Shown piece after piece: positions 26,508 through 32,378 of a stretch of 32,378 nt of DNA. Location: positions 1 through 32,378 of the forward strand of contig CANROV010000001.1 of NCBI GenBank assembly GCA_947632315.1, in the 5' to 3' direction. The notes beneath the pieces were generated by a model, which ran no database searches, was not told the DNA's origin, and worked only from the letters and a program-made list of their open reading frames with translations. The DNA comes from Candidatus Gastranaerophilales bacterium (GTDB lineage: Bacteria > Cyanobacteriota > Vampirovibrionia > Gastranaerophilales > Gastranaerophilaceae). Both the position numbers and the translations under genes were made by a program. The stretch's first letter is position 1. Every line of letters begins with the position of its first letter.

Positions 26508-27383
26508 TTATTTTTTCTTGAGAATAATTAAAAATACTCCCGAAAGAATGGCTATAACACCTATAATAATTCTTTGTGTTAACTGTTCATGAAAGAAAAG
26601 CACACCAAAGAAAATTGCGGTTAATGGTTCTAATGCACCTAATATTGCTGTCGGAGTCGGGCCTATTAATTTTATTCCGATTGTTAATGTTTCTATTGAA
26701 ATAATTGTCGGAAATAATGCAAGACCTATGGGGTATATCCATAACATTGGTTTGGGAATAATTTGTAAATTCGTACAAAATTTTAAGTTGTATATAAATA
26801 GAAAAAGCGAAAAGAGCATTACGTAAAATGTTAATTTCTCGGTATTCATATGTTTTAAAGTTTTGTTCACTTTAACAATTACAATGTAAATTGCATATAC
26901 AATTGCGGAAATAAGAATGTAACATATTCCTGTTATATTTAAATCTAATCCGTTTTTTCCTTTGTATAGAAGTATGATACCTCCAAAAGTTAAAATAATA
27001 GCGAAAATGGCAGTTTTTGTGAGTTTTTCATTAAAAAATAACCTCATTATTAAAGCTACCAACAGCGGATATATGAATAAAATTGTACACGCAATTCCGG
27101 AATCAATATATTTAAAACTTGCAAATAATGTAAGTGATGAAGCGCCAAAAAACATAGCTGATATAAATGTAAATAATAATTCTTTTATATTTATTTTTAG
27201 GGATTTGTTTTTGAAAAATTTGAGCCAGACAAAATAAATAATTACTGCAAAAAAATATCTGTAAAATAAAATTGAATTAACTCCTAATCCGGCTTTAAAC
27301 AGGGGCAGTGCAAATAAAGGATTCATTCCATAACTGAAAGATGCGGCAGCACTATATATGTATCCTTTTTGTCTTTTGTTCAA
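26508..27383 (-). CDS. EamA/DMT-family transporter
   Basis: About ten hydrophobic segments in a two-repeat layout typical of EamA. The track's start at 27401 is a TTG. I prefer the TTG at 27383, which has AGGAG 6 nt upstream. The first in-frame ATG would remove the first transmembrane region. Confidence 0.72.
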   Translation of the reverse strand: MNKRQKGYIYSAAASFSYGMNPLFALPLFKAGLGVNSILFYRYFFAVIIYFVWLKFFKNKSLKINIKELLFTFISAMFFGASSLTLFASFKYIDSGIACTILFIYPLLVALIMRLFFNEKLTKTAIFAIILTFGGIILLYKGKNGLDLNITGICYILISAIVYAIYIVIVKVNKTLKHMNTEKLTFYVMLFSLFLFIYNLKFCTNLQIIPKPMLWIYPIGLALFPTIISIETLTIGIKLIGPTPTAILGALEPLTAIFFGVLFFHEQLTQRIIIGVIAILSGVFLIILKKK

Positions 27384-27472
27384 TTTATTCTCCTCTCTCA
27401 AAACTTAGCTTAAAATAAATTAAAAATCAATTTATAAGAAGTTAATAAAATTTTTTATATTAAAATAAAAAT

Positions 27473-28114
27473 ATGATAAAAAACTTTAATAAAATTATTG
27501 ATAATATAAAATTAATGAATTTACCTCAAACTGAATTTGTTAAGTTTATGGAGGATATTCATAATCCGTTTATTGTGCTTATTGCTTGTATTTTATCTTT
27601 AAGGACAAATGATAAGACAACATATCCTGCTACAATGAGGATGTTAAAATTAGGCAGAACTCCTCAAGACTTTTTAAATGTCAAACTTGAAGATTTAGAA
27701 ACGGCTATATATCCAGTGGGATTTTACAAGAATAAAGCTAAGCAGATATTAGATATTGCTTATGAATTATATAATAATTACAATAGCGTTGTTCCAAAAG
27801 AAATTGATGAGCTGATTAAATTTAAAGGAGTGGGCAGAAAAACAGCTAATCTTGTTCAGTCAAAAGGGTACGGACTGCCCAGTATTTGTGTTGATGTTCA
27901 TGTCCACCGTATTTCAAATCGTTTAGGTATCGTTTGTACAAAAGAACCCGAAGAAACTGAATTTGCACTTAAAAACAATTTACCTCAAGATTCTTGGAGT
28001 GAAATTAATACTTTATTTGTTACCCTTGGGCAAAATATATGCAAACCGGCAAAACCGGTTTGCACTAAATGTAAATTAACTGATTTTTGTAAATATTATA
28101 AACTGAATAATTAA
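27473..28114 (+). CDS. nth: Endonuclease III (HhH-GPD DNA glycosylase with an iron-sulfur cluster loop)
   Basis: 213-aa ORF. Helix-hairpin-helix FKGVGRKTANLV, catalytic region DVHVHRISNRLG, and C-terminal Cx6Cx2Cx5C (CKPAKPVCTKCKLTDFC). Confidence 0.9.
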   Translation: MIKNFNKIIDNIKLMNLPQTEFVKFMEDIHNPFIVLIACILSLRTNDKTTYPATMRMLKLGRTPQDFLNVKLEDLETAIYPVGFYKNKAKQILDIAYELYNNYNSVVPKEIDELIKFKGVGRKTANLVQSKGYGLPSICVDVHVHRISNRLGIVCTKEPEETEFALKNNLPQDSWSEINTLFVTLGQNICKPAKPVCTKCKLTDFCKYYKLNN

Positions 28115-28116
28115 AT

Positions 28117-29421
28117 TTATCTGGGCATACAGCAGTTTTTATATTTTTTTCCGCTTCCGCAAGGACATTTATCATTTCTGCCTACATTAGAATAATCAAT
28201 ACCTTCTTTGTGTTTTTGTTCTTCTTTTACGGTTACGGTGTTCATCATTTCTTCAAATATTTTGGACGCATATAAAACGCTTGCTGATGAATATATTTTC
28301 TTTTCGACGGAATCTTGCTTATAGTAATTTAAAAGTTCATCTAATGTGTAGTTCGTTTGAAGAATTTCGTTTGTTCGTTCCATAAAATTATTATATTTTT
28401 CCGCTATTCTTTTTATTATATTAGCAGGAACTTTGTCATTTTCCAGAAAACTTTTAATACAATCTTTATAACCTTGGACTGTTTTATAATCTTCAGCTTC
28501 GTATATTTTACACAAAGTTTGATAAAAAGGAAGTACGAATAATCCTAATTCTTCATCATAGATAATTCCTATATCGTAGGTTGAAGAATGTGATGCAAAT
28601 CCTTCCAATGATTTTTCCATAAAATCGGAATAAGAATTTTTAAAGTCTGATACAGTGAAATATCTGTTATTTTCAACCTGTTTTATGTTTTCTTCAATAT
28701 CTTCCTTGTCAGGCATTATTCCGTCATCACAGTATGCATTAAATAAATTTATTAAATTATCCGCATAAATATTTGTTGTTATTACTTCGTTTGTATTAAA
28801 ACATTCTTTGAATTTTATTCCGAAATTTTTAACCAGAGTTTCAATTTGTTCCTGTTTCTTTTCATTATCTTCATATGCATCTTCAGGTTTCTCTATGATT
28901 TTTGCTATTGCATATTTATAAACTTCTTCTTTATTTATACTTGATAAAACATTTGTAATTTCAATCAGATAAAATTCATTTTTCATTTCAAAAATTCTGC
29001 AAAGTGCAAATTGACCCGGAGTTATTCCTCTAAAATTATTCATTTTTACGAATGAAAGAACTTTATACATTTTTTCGTTTACAAGATTATAAAGTTCAAA
29101 TCCGTTAGATAAAACTCGTCTTATTTCAAATACTGATGAAAATGATTTTGATAAGCTCTTTAATATTTCTTTTTCCTGTTTGGATATATCTTTAGTGTTT
29201 TCTTCAAAAAGCTGTATAATTGTTTTGCGTTCTTTTGTTAGTCGTCTTTCAAATACATAAGGAATGATTAAGGCGTTTATATTTGTGTTTCTTTGATTCT
29301 TTGCTGATATTGTAGCTAAATATTCATTAAAATCAGGCTTTACTATATCATTATTAACAACAAAATTCATTAATTTTGTTATAGTTTCTGATATTGTTGA
29401 TAACTTTTCTATTACTGACAT
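28117..29421 (-). CDS. Protein of unknown function with a C-terminal SEC-C (SecA-type metal-binding) motif
   Basis: 434-aa ORF. The last 21 aa, GRNDKCPCGSGKKYKNCCMPR, closely resemble the SecA C-terminal zinc-binding domain. I could not assign the first 410 aa or so. Confidence 0.7.
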   Translation of the reverse strand: MSVIEKLSTISETITKLMNFVVNNDIVKPDFNEYLATISAKNQRNTNINALIIPYVFERRLTKERKTIIQLFEENTKDISKQEKEILKSLSKSFSSVFEIRRVLSNGFELYNLVNEKMYKVLSFVKMNNFRGITPGQFALCRIFEMKNEFYLIEITNVLSSINKEEVYKYAIAKIIEKPEDAYEDNEKKQEQIETLVKNFGIKFKECFNTNEVITTNIYADNLINLFNAYCDDGIMPDKEDIEENIKQVENNRYFTVSDFKNSYSDFMEKSLEGFASHSSTYDIGIIYDEELGLFVLPFYQTLCKIYEAEDYKTVQGYKDCIKSFLENDKVPANIIKRIAEKYNNFMERTNEILQTNYTLDELLNYYKQDSVEKKIYSSASVLYASKIFEEMMNTVTVKEEQKHKEGIDYSNVGRNDKCPCGSGKKYKNCCMPR

Positions 29422-29424
29422 AAT

Positions 29425-30165
29425 TTATCTGACTCCTTTAATTTTTAATATTGCTGAATGTCTTGCTGTTTTACCTTTTTCTTTCCTATATGAAAAAAAT
29501 ATATCAGACATACAGCATGTGCAATACTCACAACTATCTATATTTTTTATACCAATATTTGTTAATTGGTATTTGTTTAATAATTTTAAATCTATAAAAT
29601 ACTTATCATTTATTTTTTTATATAATTCTTTGTTCGTTTTATCTTTAATTAATTGTTCAAAAACATCTTCACTTGTTTCAAAACAGCATTTTCCTATTGC
29701 AGGCCCTATTATTGCGGTGATATTTTCGGGTAATATATTATAACTTTTAACTAGTTTTTCTCCGGTCTTTTTGGCTATTTCTTTTGCCGTTCCCCTCCAG
29801 CCGGCATGTATTACGGCACCTGTATTATCTTTTTTACTGTATAAAATAATCGGAACACAATCTGCAAAATTTAGCATTAATAAGCTGTTCTCTATGTTTG
29901 ATATTAATGCATCCGTGTTTTCGTATAATGTTTTATCTTTTGATATAATTTGAATATTATCGCTGTGTGTTTGTTCTGCCGTATATATTTTTTCACAGTT
30001 TAATTTATTTAAAAGGAAAGTTTTGTTTCTTTCCGATTCTTGTTCTAAGTCAAGTCTGTCTCTTGAAGTCAATACAAATTCTCTGGTAGTAAAAAAACAA
30101 TCAGTATCATCCAATAAAGATGATTTTAAAACTTTTTTTCCGTAAAAATTATCAAAATAAAACAT
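29425..30165 (-). CDS. pgeF: PgeF/YfiH family (laccase-domain) purine nucleoside/peptidoglycan-editing enzyme
   Basis: 246-aa ORF. EQTHSDNI, FADCVPIIL and IHAGWRGT motifs, and a C-terminal CTCC...FSYR. Confidence 0.85.
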   Translation of the reverse strand: MFYFDNFYGKKVLKSSLLDDTDCFFTTREFVLTSRDRLDLEQESERNKTFLLNKLNCEKIYTAEQTHSDNIQIISKDKTLYENTDALISNIENSLLMLNFADCVPIILYSKKDNTGAVIHAGWRGTAKEIAKKTGEKLVKSYNILPENITAIIGPAIGKCCFETSEDVFEQLIKDKTNKELYKKINDKYFIDLKLLNKYQLTNIGIKNIDSCEYCTCCMSDIFFSYRKEKGKTARHSAILKIKGVR

Positions 30166-30827
30166 TAGTTTTCTACCGTATTAAAAATTCTGTCACCCGC
30201 ATCACCAAGTCCCGGTTTTATATATCCGTTTTTATTCAGACAGTTATCTATACTTGCCGTAATAATTTTTATATCAGGATATAAAGATTGAACTTTTTCA
30301 AGCCCTTCCGGCGCACTTATCAAACTGACAAATTTTATATTTTTTTGAGGTACTTTTTTATTTACAAATAATTTTATTGATTCAACGGCAGAATTTCCCG
30401 TGGCTAACATTGGATCTAATATTAAAATTATTTTTTTATCCGGTTCATCAAACTCGACGGGGATTTTGTTGTAATACCAAATAGGAGTTAGTGTTTCTTC
30501 ATCTCGATACATACCTATATGTCTTACGGTTGCAAATGGCATTATTTCATTTGCTATATCCGAAAAAATTAATCCGGCTCTAAGAATCGGAGCGATTATT
30601 ATTTCGTTACGGCTTGTAATTTTTTCAGCTCTGCAAATTTCTAACGGTGTTTCTACCTCGCAAGGTTCAAGTTCCAAATCTTCCGTTGCTTTATAAAATA
30701 ATAAATATGTTATTCGCCTTATTGCATTTCTAAACATTTCGGCATTTGTATTTTTGTTCCTTATTATGCTTAAATTGTGACAGCATAACGGATGTTTTAT
30801 TACACATACATTTTTATAATTATTCAT
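30165..30827 (-). CDS. upp: Uracil phosphoribosyltransferase
   Basis: ILRAGL, LDPMLATGNS and GLGDAGDR motifs. I use the ATG at 30827, preceded by AGGAGG. The track's start at 30875 is a TTG. The gene overlaps the mlaD-like stop by 8 nt, and its own stop overlaps the pgeF ATG. Confidence 0.92.
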   Translation of the reverse strand: MNNYKNVCVIKHPLCCHNLSIIRNKNTNAEMFRNAIRRITYLLFYKATEDLELEPCEVETPLEICRAEKITSRNEIIIAPILRAGLIFSDIANEIMPFATVRHIGMYRDEETLTPIWYYNKIPVEFDEPDKKIILILDPMLATGNSAVESIKLFVNKKVPQKNIKFVSLISAPEGLEKVQSLYPDIKIITASIDNCLNKNGYIKPGLGDAGDRIFNTVEN

Positions 30828-31470
30828 GTTCCTCCTCATTTTGCAGTTCTTGGAGTTTTTTATTTGTATATTCAAGTGTGGATTCTGACAATTTATAAAT
30901 TATAACAGACTCGGCATTATTAATTATTCCTGCTTGTTTTGAAAAATCTTCAACGAGCTTGCTTTGTTTAAACCATTGTTTATTATTAATAAGGTCTGCA
31001 GCTTGAATGCTCCTGCCGATTCCTCCATATATGTCAATCATTACGTTTGCAACAAGCTCTTGACCATCCCAGAAGTCTTGAACTTTATATGTCTTTGAAG
31101 GAATTATTAATCCTTCTCCCTCGGTTATCTGATTATCAGGCGCTAACTCTAATGATGTTGAGCCTCCCAGTCCGTAAAATTCAATATTCGCCAATGCTTT
31201 ATTCGGAATTTTAATGTTTTCTTTTGTAACTATAAATGAGACAAATACTTTATTATCAAATATTTTTACATCTTGAACATGTCCTATATTTATCCCCATT
31301 AATTTAACGGGTGAACCTTTTATTAGCCCCGACACATCGTCAAAAAATATGTAATATGTATTTTTTGCACTTTCTTTTACGGTGTTGTTATATATAAAGA
31401 AATAAAATGATGCTGAAATCACCATCAGCCATATTAATATTTCAAAAAACCATATATATTTTTTCTTCAT
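30820..31470 (-). CDS. MCE/MlaD-domain protein (membrane-anchored)
   Basis: N-terminal anchor MKKKYIWFFEILIWLMVISASFYFFIY. MCE core FFDDVSGLIKGSPVKLMGINIGHVQDV...IPNKALANIEFYGLGGSTSLEL. I use the ATG at 31470; the track's start at 31488 is a TTG. Confidence 0.8.
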   Translation of the reverse strand: MKKKYIWFFEILIWLMVISASFYFFIYNNTVKESAKNTYYIFFDDVSGLIKGSPVKLMGINIGHVQDVKIFDNKVFVSFIVTKENIKIPNKALANIEFYGLGGSTSLELAPDNQITEGEGLIIPSKTYKVQDFWDGQELVANVMIDIYGGIGRSIQAADLINNKQWFKQSKLVEDFSKQAGIINNAESVIIYKLSESTLEYTNKKLQELQNEEEHE

Positions 31471-31656
31471 TAGAACATTATAAAACAAATTAATTTTTAT
31501 AATACATCGGAATTTTTAAATCGAATTTATTATCCTCAAGGATGCATTCCTTATCAAACTCTTGATTTAAAAACAAAGGGAATTAATAAAGTTGAAATAC
31601 CTCCATTTTATGAGGTTATTATTGATCAAATAGACTTAACTAATAAAAAGAGTAAT

Positions 31657-32082
31657 ATGAGAATTTTATATACTTCGGATTTTATATTTCATTTAGATTC
31701 TTTACCTTTAATTGAAAATCAAGTTTTAGATTATCCTACCGAAAGATATAATATTTTAAAAACCAATTTAATTATTGCTAATCCTAATGCAACTTATTTA
31801 AAAAAATCTTTTATGGCCTCTTTTTATAGTGTGAGGTCCGATGGTAAAATAGTAAATGAATATTTTGAAAAAATTGGTTATGATAATTTTAATTCTTCTA
31901 AAATATTAGTTGAAAATGCTAATTTTGTTCTTATAAGTAAAATAACTTCTAATAAAATAACTGAACTTTATTTAATTTTAAAACCTGAATTTTTAGCTAA
32001 TATTAAAGATGAAGAAACCTTAAATATAATTAAAAGCTTTGAAGAAATTCAAGAAAATGTCCAAACTTTAATGTTAAATTAA
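31657..32082 (+). CDS. Hypothetical protein; the reading frame is open for a further 61 codons upstream
   Basis: 141-aa ORF starting from an ATG, with no family recognised. The same frame carries no stop back to 31474 (see findings), so the true 5' end is uncertain. Confidence 0.5.
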   Translation: MRILYTSDFIFHLDSLPLIENQVLDYPTERYNILKTNLIIANPNATYLKKSFMASFYSVRSDGKIVNEYFEKIGYDNFNSSKILVENANFVLISKITSNKITELYLILKPEFLANIKDEETLNIIKSFEEIQENVQTLMLN

Positions 32083-32089
32083 GTTTTAG

Positions 32090-32118
32090 TTGATTTTTTT
32101 TCATGTTTATAATATAAT
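32090..32118 (+). promoter_or_regulatory. Sigma-70-type promoter candidate for rpsO
   Basis: TTGATT (32090-32095), a 17-nt spacer, then TATAAT (32113-32118), about 88 nt upstream of the rpsO ATG. Confidence 0.5.
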
Positions 32119-32205
32119 TAGTATGTAAGTTTTTTCTCAGTTTAAATTTACTCCTTGAATTTAGACTTAGATTAAACCGTTTTAATAGAAAAGGAGGATT
32201 TGTTT

Positions 32206-32378
32206 ATGGCAGTTTCCAAAGAAGAAAAAGCTAAATTAATAAAAGAATTTGGTAAAAATGAAAAAGATTGCGGTTCAGCTGAAGTTCAAATTGCAATTTT
32301 AACTCATGAAATTAATGATTTAACAGAACATTTAAAAGTTCATAAACATGACTATCATTCTAACCGTGGTCTTTTAAT
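32206..32378 (+). CDS. rpsO: 30S ribosomal protein S15; 3' end lies outside the window
   Basis: AAGGAGGA (32191-32198) 7 nt before the ATG at 32206. The translation [57 protein letters not shown] matches the S15 pattern (GS.EVQ.A.LT..I..L..HL..HK.D.HS.RGLL). Confidence 0.93.
   Translation, partial: MAVSKEEKAKLIKEFGKNEKDCGSAEVQIAILTHEINDLTEHLKVHKHDYHSNRGLL

Noticed and set aside
30828-30875. N-terminal extensions in the ORF track for upp. The same issue affects 11863-11883, 14915-14944, 15789-15824, 27384-27401 and 31471-31488.
   Set aside because: The track translates the first TTG or GTG as Met. In each case a downstream ATG gives a better model, through a Shine-Dalgarno, a typical family N-terminus or a signal anchor. 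For the EamA gene the preferred start is a TTG with a strong Shine-Dalgarno. The extensions are left out of my coordinates but remain possible.
1-32378. A window-wide look for CRISPR arrays, tRNA/rRNA genes, transposases/integrases, restriction-modification or toxin-antitoxin pairs, and long direct or inverted repeats.
   Set aside because: I could not see any by eye. There are no regularly spaced repeats, no G+C-rich structured RNA-like islands in the intergenic regions, and no ORFs with recombinase, nuclease-helicase or methyltransferase motifs. A computational repeat and tRNA scan would be needed to exclude them formally.

Overview
AT-rich, very gene-dense bacterial chromosomal segment. I call 33 protein-coding genes, 28 of them on the minus strand, many with abutting or overlapping stop and start codons. 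I saw no rRNA, tRNA, CRISPR array, transposase or integrase. Most of the window is housekeeping:
- the dgt-dnaG-rpoD operon, rpmB, and a membrane pyrophosphatase;
- aroC-aroK-aroB, surE, yraN and queH;
- a VKOR-DsbA fusion, a 2-oxoacid:ferredoxin oxidoreductase (korAB-type) and an aminotransferase;
- an EamA transporter, nth, pgeF, upp, an MlaD-like protein and rpsO.

MCE/MlaD proteins, the ferredoxin-dependent oxidoreductase, the VKOR-thioredoxin fusion and an RpaB-like orphan OmpR regulator suggest a low-GC diderm anaerobe. It may belong to the non-photosynthetic cyanobacterial sister lineage, but that is unverified.

The unusual part is a co-directional minus-strand block at about 8.3-16.7 kb. 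In transcription order it encodes:
- an SDR;
- an MCE/MlaD-like protein;
- an alpha-oxoamine synthase (BioF/Kbl/serine palmitoyltransferase-like);
- a CgeB-like glycosyltransferase;
- an orphan response regulator;
- a TupA-like ATP-grasp enzyme;
- a radical SAM/SPASM enzyme;
- a 347-aa orphan protein.

The ATP-grasp gene is preceded by a consensus-like promoter and a G9-A8 homopolymer tract, which is a striking outlier in this AT-rich DNA. I read the block as a candidate uncharacterised envelope lipid/glycan or peptide modification locus that may be phase-variable. All functional calls rest on motifs read by eye from the supplied translations. No database search was possible.
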